Shown: positions 42,481 through 53,956 of the stretch, one piece after another
How positions within the stretch are numbered: position 1 is the first letter of the stretch
Layout of the letters: each line of letters begins with the position of its first letter
DNA from: Dehalococcoidia bacterium
GTDB taxonomy: Bacteria > Chloroflexota > Dehalococcoidia > UBA6926
Length of the DNA stretch: 64,000 nt
Assembly (NCBI GenBank): GCA_963666115.2
Contig: CAXXET010000008.1
Span: 176,118-240,117 of the forward strand
Direction of reading: 5' to 3'
The notes under the pieces: model-generated
The model's database searches: none
Seen by the model: the letters and a program-made list of their open reading frames with translations, nothing else
Told to the model about the DNA's origin: nothing
Program-made: the position numbers and the translations under genes

Positions 42481-42509
42481 TTGACCGTCGCCACACCTCA
42501 TGGTAATCT
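42481..42509 (+). promoter_or_regulatory. sigma70 promoter of NYN gene
   Basis: TTGACC-N17-TAATCT with extended TG. Confidence 0.7.
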
Positions 42510-42591
42510 CCCACCTACCACCCCTATCGCTTCGCCGGTAGGGTCGAGACCGTCCTCCGAGGCGGTCTCTGTCTTTATGGGGAGCGACCGA

Positions 42592-43221
42592 GTGATCACC
42601 AACGTCTACATCGACGGCTTCAACCTCTACTACCGCGCCCTCAAGGACACCCCGTTCAGGTGGCTCGACTTGCGGAAGCTCGCCGAGACCCTCTTTCCGC
42701 AGGACGACATCAACAAGGTCTCCTACTTCACCGCGCGGCTCGACCCGCGCCCCGGCAATCCCAATCAACCTCGGCGGCAGTTAGTGTACTTGAGGGCATT
42801 GGCCACACTGCCCGGATTCGAGACGCACTACGGCGTCTTCCGCTCCGGCGTCAAGCGACGCCCCCTGGCCGAGCCGGTCGCGGGGCTGCCTGCCAGCGTC
42901 CTGGTCAGGGACTCGGAGGAGAAGGGCTCGGACGTAAACCTCGCGACCCGTCTGCTGGTTGACGGCTTCAACGGGGAGTACGAACAGGCAATAGTCGTGT
43001 CCAACGACGCCGACTTCGCCGGGGCGATGCAATACGTGCGAGATGACTTGGGCCTGCGCGTAACCCTGGTCAACCCCGACACCCGCAACACCAGCCCCCG
43101 CCGGCTGACCGACGCAGCCACCTACGTCAAGCGACTCTGGAAAAGCCACCTGCGCCAAAGCCTGCTCCCCGACACCCTAACGGACAACGTCGGAACCATC
43201 ACCAAACCGGAAGGTTGGTAA
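42592..43221 (+). CDS. NYN-domain (PIN-fold) ribonuclease; alternative start ATG 42577
   Basis: VYIDGFNLYY, EEKGSDVNLA, VSNDADF. Confidence 0.88.
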   Translation: MITNVYIDGFNLYYRALKDTPFRWLDLRKLAETLFPQDDINKVSYFTARLDPRPGNPNQPRRQLVYLRALATLPGFETHYGVFRSGVKRRPLAEPVAGLPASVLVRDSEEKGSDVNLATRLLVDGFNGEYEQAIVVSNDADFAGAMQYVRDDLGLRVTLVNPDTRNTSPRRLTDAATYVKRLWKSHLRQSLLPDTLTDNVGTITKPEGW

Positions 43222-43245
43222 CCCCAACAAGAATCCCCCCCCCCA

Positions 43246-43749
43246 TCACCGAAAAGGCGCAACAGCAAGCGTAACAGCAATAGCCACTTGGATGACGGCG
43301 AAGATCAGCCACACGAGGCTGAAAACGATCCCCCCGCCGAATAGCATCGCCACCCCCCACGCAAACACCGCCGAACCCCCCGCCACAAAGCGCAATGACC
43401 GCGCCCGGCTCCGGTTCGCCGCCACGTGAACCGCCTGCCCGATCAGAAATCCCGCCACTGCCCACATGATCAAGCTGAAAAACCCGCCAAAGACCCCCGA
43501 AAGAACCGTGATCGCAATGGCCAGCAGCAGCCCCGCCCCCAGCCCCGCCCCAACCGCCGCCGCCAGCCGCGAACCCGCCACCTGCGCGATGGGATTCCGC
43601 TCCCACGTCACGCATGACGGGCAGATATGCCCCACCGCCGCCTGCACCATGCACTCCGGGCAGATCGGATCGTCGCACCGCGCGCACCGCAGCCCGGTCT
43701 CCCGGTCGCGGTGCCGCAGGCAGTAAACGGGTTCAAACGCCGCTGTCAT
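43246..43749 (-). CDS. B-box-like zinc-finger membrane protein
   Basis: C.RH..ET.L.C.RC..PICPECM..A.VG..CP.C then TM helices. Confidence 0.75.
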   Translation of the reverse strand: MTAAFEPVYCLRHRDRETGLRCARCDDPICPECMVQAAVGHICPSCVTWERNPIAQVAGSRLAAAVGAGLGAGLLLAIAITVLSGVFGGFFSLIMWAVAGFLIGQAVHVAANRSRARSLRFVAGGSAVFAWGVAMLFGGGIVFSLVWLIFAVIQVAIAVTLAVAPFR

Positions 43750-43897
43750 TGGCTCACAAGGCTTTCCACAAGGCAGTCACACGCCAGTGTACCCAAAGTG
43801 CGGCGTCCGGAGAGCCGTCGCGCCAAAGTGTCGCAGACTCATTGGCGATTGGGACTAGAATAGGGTAGGGCAGAGCGGCGGCCACACAGGAGGGCGT

Positions 43898-44808
43898 ATG
43901 GAACTCGGAATGATCGGCCTCGGGCGCATGGGCGGCAACATGACCAGGCGGCTCCTCCAAAAGGGGCATCGCGTCGTCGTCTTCGACTTCAGCCAGGAGG
44001 CCGTCGCCGCCGCCGCAGACGCGGGCGCCGTCCCCTCAACCTCCCTCGAAAACCTCGTCTCCCAACTCGCCGCCCCCCGCGCCGTCTGGGTCATGGTCCC
44101 CGCCGGCGACCCGACGGAGCAGACGATCAACGCCGTCCTCGACCTGCTCAGCCCCGGCGACGCCATCATCGACGGCGGCAACTCCAACTACCACGAAACC
44201 CAGCGCCGCGCCGCCGCCGTCGCCGGAAAGGGCGTCGCCATGCTCGATTGCGGCACCAGCGGCGGCATCTGGGGCCTCACGGAGGGCTACAGCCTCATGG
44301 TCGGCGGCGACGCCGGCGCCTACAAACGCCTAGAGCCCATATTCCAGGCGCTCGCCCCCTCCGAAACGCAGGGCGTCGGCCACGTCGGCCCCGCCGGCTC
44401 CGGCCACTACGTCAAGATGATCCACAACGGCATCGAATATGCCATGATGCAGGCGTTCGCGGAGGGCTTTGAAATCCTCAAGGCCAAGGAGGAGTTCGAC
44501 CTCGACCTCCACGCCGTCGGCCAAATCTGGCAGCACGGCAGCGTCGTCCGCTCATGGCTCCTCGATCTCGCCGTCTCCGCCCTCGAAAAAGACCCCGGCC
44601 TCGATGAAATCATGGGACACGTCTCCGATTCCGGCGAGGGGCGCTGGACGATACAGGAGGCCATAGACCTCGATGTGCCCGCCCACGTCATCACAACATC
44701 CCTCTTCACCCGGTTCCGCTCCCGCATGAGCAACACCTTTGCCGACCGCATGTTGGCCGCCCTCCGCAATGAGTTCGGCGGACACGCCGTCGTGAGGTCC
44801 GATTCCTG

Positions 44809-44809
<1 letters not shown>
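43898..44809 (+). CDS. gnd: 6-phosphogluconate dehydrogenase (short form)
   Basis: GLGRMG, DGGNS, GHYVKMIHNGIEY, DSGEGRWT. Confidence 0.95.
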
Positions 44810-46330
<1,521 letters not shown>

Positions 46331-46338
<8 letters not shown>

Positions 46339-47059
46339 GACGGAAATCGCCATCCTGCCGGACGCGGACGCCGTCGCGCGGACGGTCGCCGGCATCGTCG
46401 CCGCAATGTCCAATGCGGCGGACGGCGCGTTCTCCATTGCCCTTGCCGGCGGAGAGACGCCCCGCCTCCTCTATGAAACCCTTGCCCAGGAACCCTACAA
46501 GTCCGGCATCGACTGGGCAAAGTGGGACGTATGGTGGGGCGATGAGCGCTGCGTCCCCCCCACCGATGAGATGAGTAACTACGGCCTGGCCGCTGAGACC
46601 CTGCTGGACAAGGTCCCGATTCCCGCCGAACGCATCCACCGCATCCACGGAGAGGCAGGCTCGCAGGCCGCCGCCCTCTCCTACGAAAACGACATACGCG
46701 AGCGCTATCACGCCGAAATGCCGCAGTTCGACCTGGTCCTGCTCGGCATGGGCGAAGACGGCCACACAGCCGCCCTCTTCCCCGGCACCCACGCCCTCCA
46801 GGAAACCCGCCTTGCCGCTGTCCCTGGCGCCGCCCCCACCCCCCCGCATGACCGCGTAACCCTGTCCCTCCCTGCCATCAACGCCGCCCGCCGCGTCGTC
46901 TTCATCGTCGTCGGACGCGAAAAAGCCCACGCCCTCCGCGCGGTGCTCGCCGCAGACGAGGAGGACGCCCAGCAGCCCCCCGCCGCCCTCGTCCGCCCCA
47001 AAAGCGGCGCGGCGCAATTCGTCGTCGATGAGGACGCAGCGCGTATAGTCCTGACATGA
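46331..47059 (+). CDS. pgl: 6-phosphogluconolactonase
   Basis: LAGGETP, GDERCVP, LGMGEDGHTA. Confidence 0.93.
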
Positions 47060-48924
47060 CACTCAACGCACACGGCTACAAGAACATCGGCGATTACGGC
47101 CTCATTGGAGACCGCCACTCCGCCGCGCTCGTCGGCATCGACGGCTCCATTGATTGGTGCGCTTTCCCCCGTTTCGACTCCGCGAGCGTCTTCGCCGCCA
47201 TCCTCGACAGTGAAAAGGGAGGCCGCTTTGCCGTCACGCCGTCCGAACTCTACACCGGCGGCCAGCGCTACCTGAAAGACTCCAACGTCCTGGAAACGCA
47301 GTTCGTCACGCGCGATGGCGCATGTACGCTGACCGACTTCATGCCGTTCTTCCGCCGCCCGGACCGTTCATGGGTCGCGCACGGCTGTATCATCCGCGTG
47401 TTGCGCTGTACGTCCGGCACAATCCCCATGCGTATCGCCTATGAGCCCCGCCCGGACTACGGCCGCTCGTCAGAAACCCTGTGGGAGCGCAACGGCACGC
47501 TCGTCATCAGGGACGATGACTATGAGCTGATCCTCGAAACCACCCTGCCCCTGCAAATCAACGAATCCGGCGATGGCGCCTACGCGGAAGTCCTGCTCTC
47601 TGAGGGCATGGAAGCCGTGTTCGTCGTGCGCCACGTGTTGGAGGGCCACGAGGAGGCCATCCCCTCCGCCCTCGCCTCCTCCATTCCCCACGAACTCCTT
47701 GAACTCACCGACGCCTACTGGCGCAACCTCTCCATGAGCGTCAACTACACCGGCCCCTACCGCGATGTCGTCGTCCGCTCCTATCTCGTCCTCCACCTGC
47801 TCGTCTACGTCCCCACCGGCGCAATCGTCGCCGCCCCCACCACGTCCCTCCCGGAATGGATCGGCGGCAGCCGCAACTGGGACTACCGCTTTACGTGGCT
47901 CCGCGATGCCGCGTTCACCATCGATGCCCTCATGCACCTTGGCCACACGGAGGAGGCCGTCGAGTTCTTCGAATGGCTCGCGCAGGCGTGCGGCCTCAGC
48001 GACGATTCGCTCGAATGGGAATGGCATGGCCCTGAGGAGCATCTCCACATCCTCTACCGCATCGACGGTGAAACCGATCCGACGGAAGAGGAAATCCCCA
48101 ACCTCGAGGGCTACCGCAGCTCCGGCCCCGTCCGCATCGGCAACGGCGCATACGACCAGGTCCAGCAGGATGTCTACGGCGAACTGCTGGCCAGCGCCCA
48201 CCTGCTTGCCAGCCACGGCGAGGAGGTGACGGCGGCGCACTGGGATGTCGTCAAGACGCTCGCCAACCTCGCCGCGCAGGAATGGCGCGACCCGGACAGC
48301 GGCATCTGGGAGGTGCGCGGAGGGCCGTTCCATTTCGTCACGTCGAACGCCCTCTGCTGGGTTGCCCTTGACCGCGCCATCAAGCTTGGCGAAATGTACA
48401 TGCCCGACGACCCGGACCTTGCCCACTGGCGCGAGGAAGCCGAGACCATCAAGCGCGATGTCCTGGACAAGGGCTGGAGCGAGGATAAGAAGGCGTTCAT
48501 CCAGCACTACGAATCCGACGCCATGGACGCCGCCACCCTCCTCCTCCCCCTGCTCGGCTTCATCGACTTCGATGACCCGCGCTTCATCTCAACCCTTGAG
48601 CGAATCGAAATGGAACTCCGCGACGGCCCCTTCGTCAAACGCTACCGCACGGATGAGACGGACGATGGCGTCTTCGGCCCGGAGGGCGCCTTCACGTTGT
48701 GCAGCTTCTGGCTCGTGCAGGTGCTCAACCGCGTCGGCCGTCGCGCCGAAGCGACGCGCATGTTCACCGAACTCCTAACCTACGCCAACCACCTCGGCCT
48801 CTTCGCAGAAATGATCGACCCGCGCAGCGGCCTCGCCCTCGGCAACTTCCCCCAGGCCTTCACCCACATAGGCCTAATCCTGGCCGCCCTGGAATGCACC
48901 CCCCAAAACAACACCCCGGAATAG
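47056..48924 (+). CDS. glycoside hydrolase family 15 (trehalase/glucoamylase-like)
   Basis: AAPTTSLPE..GG.RNWDYRFTWLRD, GIWEVR, GNFPQAFTH. Confidence 0.92.
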   Translation: MTLNAHGYKNIGDYGLIGDRHSAALVGIDGSIDWCAFPRFDSASVFAAILDSEKGGRFAVTPSELYTGGQRYLKDSNVLETQFVTRDGACTLTDFMPFFRRPDRSWVAHGCIIRVLRCTSGTIPMRIAYEPRPDYGRSSETLWERNGTLVIRDDDYELILETTLPLQINESGDGAYAEVLLSEGMEAVFVVRHVLEGHEEAIPSALASSIPHELLELTDAYWRNLSMSVNYTGPYRDVVVRSYLVLHLLVYVPTGAIVAAPTTSLPEWIGGSRNWDYRFTWLRDAAFTIDALMHLGHTEEAVEFFEWLAQACGLSDDSLEWEWHGPEEHLHILYRIDGETDPTEEEIPNLEGYRSSGPVRIGNGAYDQVQQDVYGELLASAHLLASHGEEVTAAHWDVVKTLANLAAQEWRDPDSGIWEVRGGPFHFVTSNALCWVALDRAIKLGEMYMPDDPDLAHWREEAETIKRDVLDKGWSEDKKAFIQHYESDAMDAATLLLPLLGFIDFDDPRFISTLERIEMELRDGPFVKRYRTDETDDGVFGPEGAFTLCSFWLVQVLNRVGRRAEATRMFTELLTYANHLGLFAEMIDPRSGLALGNFPQAFTHIGLILAALECTPQNNTPE

Positions 48925-49006
48925 CGCAACCGCCGAAGGCTGCGTGCGCCCACAGCATCGCTATACCAAGATCGGCAGGCAACCACTAAATCGCTATACT
49001 GGCAAC

Positions 49007-49333
49007 ATGCGTACAACAATAACCATCGACGACGATGTCCTGGAAGCCGCCCGCTCTCTTGCCGAGCAAAACGGCTGCACCCTGGGCAAAGCCGTCTCAG
49101 AACTAGCCCGCAAAGGCGCAAACGGAGACACAATGCCCCTCTTCGACCCCAACAGCGACCGTCCTAGGTTCTACGTCCCGCCAGGCGCGCGTACAATCAC
49201 CGATGAAGACGTCAAGCGAGCCCTCGAAGATGTCCCGCTGGATGAGCCTCCGGCTCGGCCAGGATTCAAACCGCCGCATACGAAGACCATAACGATGGAA
49301 GAGGTAAAGCGCGCCCTGGAAGAGTTACCATAA
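49007..49333 (+). CDS. orphan VapB-like antitoxin with duplicated C-terminal motif
   Basis: MRTTITIDDDVLEAAR..LGKAVSELAR; TATACT-N6-ATG; TIT.E.VKRALE twice. Confidence 0.7.
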   Translation: MRTTITIDDDVLEAARSLAEQNGCTLGKAVSELARKGANGDTMPLFDPNSDRPRFYVPPGARTITDEDVKRALEDVPLDEPPARPGFKPPHTKTITMEEVKRALEELP

Positions 49334-49348
49334 TCCCCCCCCTAACCC

Positions 49349-50320
49349 TCACATCCCCCCCCGCGCCAAAACAATCCCCATCACCCCCACGTACAGCCCG
49401 ATAAGCACAACCCCCTCCACCCGCACGATCCGCCGGCTAGTCCACGCCACCACGAAAAGCGCCCCCGTCGCCGCCGCCAAAACCGGTATCTCGAAGAAGT
49501 ACAACTCGCGAGAGATCGGCAGCGTCGAAACCGCCGCCGTCAGCCCCAGCACCCCCAGCAAATTGAAGATGTTGGAACCCACCACGTTGGCAACCGCAAT
49601 CTCCCGCTCCCCCCGGTAAGCCGCCACCGCCGTCGTCACGATCTCCGGCAGGCTCGTCCCGATCGCGATAACCGTCAGCCCAATCGCCACCTCGCTAAGC
49701 CCAACCCGCCCCGCTATGCCCGTCGCCCCATGCACCGTCAACTCAGAACCCAGCGCCAGCGCCCCGATCCCCCCAAGCAAAAAGACAACTTCGCGCGCAA
49801 TGCCCGCCCTGCCCAGCGGCTCGCGGTCCCGCGTGAACTCCTCCCCCCCGTGAGGCACCTCCCGCTCGCGGTGCCGCGCCAGGGACAGGCCCACAAACGC
49901 GATGAGCCCCAAAAACAGCGCCGCCCCCATAACGTGCCCGATCACCCCCGTCAGCCCCGCCACGATGACGGCGACCGTGATGACCCCCAGCGCCGGCATC
50001 TCCCACCGCAAAAGGCTCGGATGCACGTCCATCGGCCGCACCAGCGCCGCGATCCCCAGCACCAGAAAGATGTTCGTGATATTCGACCCGAACACGTTCC
50101 CCACCGCCAGCCCGCCCGACCCCTCCAGCGCCGCCGCCATGCTCACCGACAACTCCGGCGACGACGTGCCCAGCGCCACAACCGTCGCCCCCACGATCAG
50201 CGGCGAGATGCCGAACGCCAAGGACAGCCGCGCCGCCGCCTTGACCAGCAGCCACCCCCCGGCCAGCAGCACAACAAGCCCCGCCCCCGTCACCCCCAGC
50301 TCGACAATCAGCGTCGTCAT
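49349..50320 (-). CDS. Ca2+/Na+ antiporter (YrbG family)
   Basis: Alpha repeats GTSSPE and GTSLPE; GSNI.N. Confidence 0.92.
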   Translation of the reverse strand: MTTLIVELGVTGAGLVVLLAGGWLLVKAAARLSLAFGISPLIVGATVVALGTSSPELSVSMAAALEGSGGLAVGNVFGSNITNIFLVLGIAALVRPMDVHPSLLRWEMPALGVITVAVIVAGLTGVIGHVMGAALFLGLIAFVGLSLARHREREVPHGGEEFTRDREPLGRAGIAREVVFLLGGIGALALGSELTVHGATGIAGRVGLSEVAIGLTVIAIGTSLPEIVTTAVAAYRGEREIAVANVVGSNIFNLLGVLGLTAAVSTLPISRELYFFEIPVLAAATGALFVVAWTSRRIVRVEGVVLIGLYVGVMGIVLARGGM

Positions 50321-51210
50321 TCCGTCCGCCCGTCCCCCGCCCCCGCCCGCGCCCGCTGCCGCGCCTCGCTATGGATCGCAAGGTACGCCCCCAGCAGCAA
50401 CAGCGCCCCGCCCGGCACAACCGTCCACGCCGGAACCTCCCCAAGCACGGGAATCGCCGCCGCCGCCGCGATAACCGGCTCAGCCCGCACCGCCAGCGTG
50501 ATGTTCACCGCCGGCCAATATCCCAGCGCCCAATTGATCAGCGAATGCCCGATCACCTGCGGCACAAGCGCCGCCACCGCCATCCAGAAATACGACTCAG
50601 CCGGTAGCCCCACCATCTGCTGCCCGCTCGCGATAGCCCCCGCCAGCAAAGCCACAGCCGCCGCCGCGTACACGATGGCGATATACGGCAGCGTTGGGAT
50701 GCTCCCCCGAACCCGCCGCCCCACCAGCAGGTAGCCCGCGACCGCCGCCGCCCCCGCAAGCGCCAGCGCATCCCCGTACAGGTGCCGCTCCCCCTCCGCC
50801 CAGTCCCCCGCCGCGATCACCACCCCGCCCCCAATGCTCACGATGACCGCCAGCGCAGTCAGCCACCCCAGCCGGTCCGACAGGTAGAAATGCCCCGCCA
50901 CCGCCACGAACACCGGCGTCGTCGTCACGAACAGCACGGAACTAGCCACCGACGTATGCGACAGCGACGTGATCCACAGCGCGAAGTGCGCCGCGAGGAA
51001 CAGCCCGGAGCCGATGAGCAGCAGCAGATCGGCCCGCCGCACCGCCCGGAACTGCCCGCGAACGGCCAGCGACGCCGCCCCCACGATGATCGCGGCAATC
51101 CCCATGCGGTACGCCGCCACCGTCAAAGGCGGCGCGTCCGCCAACCGGATAAAGATCGCCGCCAAAGACATGCAAAGCACCCCAACCCCAACCCCAACAA
51201 AAACCCGCAC
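50317..51210 (-). CDS. DMT/EamA transporter
   Basis: About 10 TM; A.YR, HF.LW..SL..TSVA, GHS..NWAL, EPV. Confidence 0.88.
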   Translation of the reverse strand: MRVFVGVGVGVLCMSLAAIFIRLADAPPLTVAAYRMGIAAIIVGAASLAVRGQFRAVRRADLLLLIGSGLFLAAHFALWITSLSHTSVASSVLFVTTTPVFVAVAGHFYLSDRLGWLTALAVIVSIGGGVVIAAGDWAEGERHLYGDALALAGAAAVAGYLLVGRRVRGSIPTLPYIAIVYAAAAVALLAGAIASGQQMVGLPAESYFWMAVAALVPQVIGHSLINWALGYWPAVNITLAVRAEPVIAAAAAIPVLGEVPAWTVVPGGALLLLGAYLAIHSEARQRARAGAGDGRTE

Positions 51211-51222
51211 TCGCCCCCCTCC

Positions 51223-51246
51223 GTCATTCCCGCGAAAGCGGGAATC
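51223..51246 (+). repeat. REP-like palindrome
   Basis: GTCATTCCCGCGAAAGCGGGAATC. Confidence 0.85.
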
Positions 51247-51321
51247 TCAATCTCATTGAGCAGTTCCGCCCCGCCGCGCTATCATCGTAAGGCAGGCACA
51301 ACACCAGAAAGCGAGTCACCC

Positions 51322-52014
51322 ATGAAGAAGTACCACATCAGCAAGGCCGAAGCCCTCGCCCTCATGATCGGCCCCATCCTCGCCCTCAGCTTCTTCCTGC
51401 TCGAGCCCGGCGGCGTCCTCATCGACCCCGTAGAGTCGACCGATCACATGGGCAAAATCACCGTCGTCGCCGAGAACAGCGCCCTGGCCCACGTCGTCGC
51501 GCTGGTCATCCCATTCGGCCTCGTGCTGACCCTCTACGGATTCGCCGGACTCTACAGGGTGTTTGAAAAGGACGATGTCATTGACGGCATCGCGCGCCTC
51601 GGCAGCGCCACCCTCATCATCGGCGGCGTCGGATGGATCATGGCGCAAGGCCTCACGCACGTCATAGCGAATACGGACCTGGGCTCGCAAACGGAGGTTG
51701 ACGCCGCGCTCGCCCTCAATGCCGTCGACTCCGGCGTCAGCCTCATCTCCGGCCTGGCCGTCTCGATCGGCCTCTTCGCCTTCAGCCTGGGCGTCGCGAT
51801 GGAAGAGCGCCCCGGCAGGCACAGGATTCTCGCCCTGGTGGTCACCGTCGTCTCGGTCGTCTCCGTCATCGCGCTCATCATCGGCTACACGCAAGCCGAC
51901 CAGACCATGGTCGCCATCGGCCGCGCCTGCTACTTCCCCTGGGTCATCTGGATGGTCATCCTCGGCGCCCGCCTCCTAAACCCGGACAGCCGCCGCGCCC
52001 CCCAACCCCGCTAA
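51322..52014 (+). CDS. multi-TM membrane protein
   Basis: About 6 hydrophobic helices; start reassigned to ATG 51322. Confidence 0.7.
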   Translation: MKKYHISKAEALALMIGPILALSFFLLEPGGVLIDPVESTDHMGKITVVAENSALAHVVALVIPFGLVLTLYGFAGLYRVFEKDDVIDGIARLGSATLIIGGVGWIMAQGLTHVIANTDLGSQTEVDAALALNAVDSGVSLISGLAVSIGLFAFSLGVAMEERPGRHRILALVVTVVSVVSVIALIIGYTQADQTMVAIGRACYFPWVIWMVILGARLLNPDSRRAPQPR

Positions 52015-52072
52015 CCGCCGATGCAGCGATAATCAGCCGATGTAGCGGTAATCACAGGAGGAAACAAAACCC

Positions 52073-52522
52073 ATGCCAGAAATGCAAGCCCCGCAACAAA
52101 TCACCCCCCAGAGCATCGACGACTACCTTGACGTCATGAGCAAAGCCGTCTTCCAGTCCGGCATCTCGTGGCGCGTCGTCGAAAGCAAGTGGTCCGGCAC
52201 AAGGGAGGCCTTCCACAACTTCGATGCAGAGCGCGTCGCCGATATGACCCCCGATGACGTCGACGCGCTCGCCGCGGACACAAGAATCATCCGCAACCGC
52301 AGAAAAATCGAGGCTATCATAACCAACGCCGGCCGAATGCTAGACCTCGAAAAAGAGCACGGCTCCTTCCAAACCTACCTACGCTCAAAGGAGGGCTACC
52401 CCGAGCTGGTCAAAGACCTAAGAAAAAACTTCAAATTCCTGGGCGACACAGGCGCCTACTACTTCCTCTACGTAGTAGGAGAAAAAGTCCCCCCCCACGA
52501 ACAAGTGATGGGCACCCGCTAA
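52073..52522 (+). CDS. DNA-3-methyladenine glycosylase I-like
   Basis: FQSGISW, F..FD, IIRNRRKIEAI..NA, FKFLG. Confidence 0.85.
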   Translation: MPEMQAPQQITPQSIDDYLDVMSKAVFQSGISWRVVESKWSGTREAFHNFDAERVADMTPDDVDALAADTRIIRNRRKIEAIITNAGRMLDLEKEHGSFQTYLRSKEGYPELVKDLRKNFKFLGDTGAYYFLYVVGEKVPPHEQVMGTR

Positions 52523-52548
52523 CCCATCTTGCGGCGTGGCCCCCCGCT

Positions 52549-52606
52549 CACCCTGAGCCTGTCGAAGGGCCGCCCCCCTCCGTCATTCCGGCGAAGGCCG
52601 GAATCC
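52549..52606 (+). repeat. two REP-like palindromes
   Basis: CCCTGAGCCTGTCGAAGGG and GTCATTCCGGCGAAGGCCGGAATCC. Confidence 0.8.
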
Positions 52607-52623
52607 ATCCGGTCCCCAGCTCC

Positions 52624-52872
52624 ATGTACATGGCGGGCACAGCGACGATTCTGCTCGTGTGGGGAGCAATCATCTCGCTGGGCTATTTCGCGGAGTACTC
52701 GTTCACCACGTTCCTTGAAGACGCGGTCGCCGACAGGCCGTGGGTCCGGGCGCCGCTATGGTTCGGACTGGTCGGGGTGGGCATGGTGGCCAGCGCGCTC
52801 ATCGGGAGTCGGGCCGGCCAAAAAACCGGCGCCACAGGCTGGGCAATCATCCGCCGGAGCGACGTCCTGTGA
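52624..52872 (+). CDS. short membrane protein, possibly truncated remnant
   Basis: Two TM segments; stop overlaps the regulator start. Confidence 0.4.
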   Translation: MYMAGTATILLVWGAIISLGYFAEYSFTTFLEDAVADRPWVRAPLWFGLVGVGMVASALIGSRAGQKTGATGWAIIRRSDVL

Positions 52873-53177
52873 CGACCAACGAACCCCTCGATCTTGACGA
52901 GACAATCCACCAACCGACGCGCCTGCGGATCATGACCCTGCTGGCCGCGCAGACGGCGGATGCCCGCGTCGCCTACGCCTTCGTCCAGAAAGAACTGGGC
53001 CTCACCGGCGGCAACCTGACGGCCCACCTCCGCAAGCTGGAGGACGCAGATTACATCGCCATGTCCGAGGAGTTCATCGAAGCCAAACCCCGCACCTGGA
53101 TCGAAGCGACAAACACCGGCCGCCAGGCCTACGCCCTCTACCTCAAAACCCTCCGCCAAACCCTAAACCTCAAATAA
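52869..53177 (+). CDS. winged-helix transcriptional regulator (HTH_34-like)
   Basis: IHQPTRLRIM, LT.GNL..HL.KLE, KPRTW..T..G. Confidence 0.85.
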   Translation: MTTNEPLDLDETIHQPTRLRIMTLLAAQTADARVAYAFVQKELGLTGGNLTAHLRKLEDADYIAMSEEFIEAKPRTWIEATNTGRQAYALYLKTLRQTLNLK

Positions 53178-53193
53178 GCCCCACCCCACCCAT

Positions 53194-53218
53194 GTCATTC
53201 TGAGCGCAGCGAAGAATC
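53194..53218 (+). repeat. GTCATTCTGAGCGCAGCGAAGAATC palindrome
   Basis: Also at 40190, 61518, 62294 and, as a variant, 62571. Confidence 0.85.
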
Positions 53219-53238
53219 TAAAGCCCCCCCCGCCCCCG

Positions 53239-53365
53239 TCAAACCAACGGATCTCGCGTCCGAAGCTCAGGAAAAAGCCTGAAGTCCCGATCCCGCGTGA
53301 GCAAAACCTCCACCCCATGCACAACGCAATCAGTCCACCAGCAGGTTCGTATCAACAGCTATCAA
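53239..53365 (-). pseudogene. internally deleted VapC/PIN toxin
   Basis: TTG-IAVDTNLLVD* directly followed by C-terminal CVVHGVEVLLTRDRDFRLFPELRTRDPLV*. Confidence 0.7.
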
Positions 53366-53535
53366 CTGCGATCCGATTCCCGGTAGCGCTCAGCTTCGTC
53401 GTAGATGATGTCGCGCAGCTCCTCCCAGGAGTACTTATCCAGCGGGTATTCCGCGTCAGGATCCCCGACACTCATATCCGGCAGGCGGTATGTATTCTTG
53501 ACCGGCTCATCCTGGATTTCAAGCGTCGTCTTCAT
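53362..53535 (-). CDS. VapB-like antitoxin (57 aa, probably internally deleted)
   Basis: MKTTLEIQDE..YRLPDMSVGDP..YSWEELRDIIY; TAGTAT-N6-ATG; overlaps toxin start. Confidence 0.6.
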   Translation of the reverse strand: MKTTLEIQDEPVKNTYRLPDMSVGDPDAEYPLDKYSWEELRDIIYDEAERYRESDRS

Positions 53536-53600
53536 CGCCCCATACTACCCACACCCGCCCACCCACACAAGCCACACAGCCTCTCAGCCCCCCACGCCAC

Positions 53601-53735
53601 CCCCGTCCAATTGCAACCCTACACCCCGTCCAATTGCAAGGTTAGGCAGCGTCCGATTGCAACCTTAACCATCGGCAAATTGCAAGGTTCCAGTGCGGCA
53701 GATTGCAACCTTCATCCCCGGCAAATTGCAAGGTT
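53601..53735. repeat. six-unit 23-bp-period repeat array with TTGCAA core
   Basis: TTGCAA at 53611, 53634, 53657, 53680, 53703, 53726. Confidence 0.85.
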
Positions 53736-53770
53736 GGCGTGACGGACATGAGCAGAGGCGGACGAAAAAC

Positions 53771-53847
53771 TGGTAGCGCGTACGGGATTCGAACCCGTGA
53801 TCTCCGCCTTGAGAGGGCGGTGTCCTTGGCCACTAGACGAACCCGCC
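53771..53847 (-). tRNA. tRNA-Glu(CTC) duplicate with one acceptor-stem mismatch (att-like copy)
   Basis: Identical to 55770..55846 except C5->G. Confidence 0.8.
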
Positions 53848-53956
53848 ACGCCCCGCCTCAAGATCAATCCCCCCGAGGTGCCAAGCTAAGGACAAGCCCA
53901 CCGGATGTGACAAGTTGAGAGGTCATGGGCGTTGCAAGTACGAGCCTGTGACCCTG

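Noticed and set aside
53601-53735. CRISPR array
   Set aside because: 23-bp period leaves only 5-7 nt variable; no cas genes in the window.
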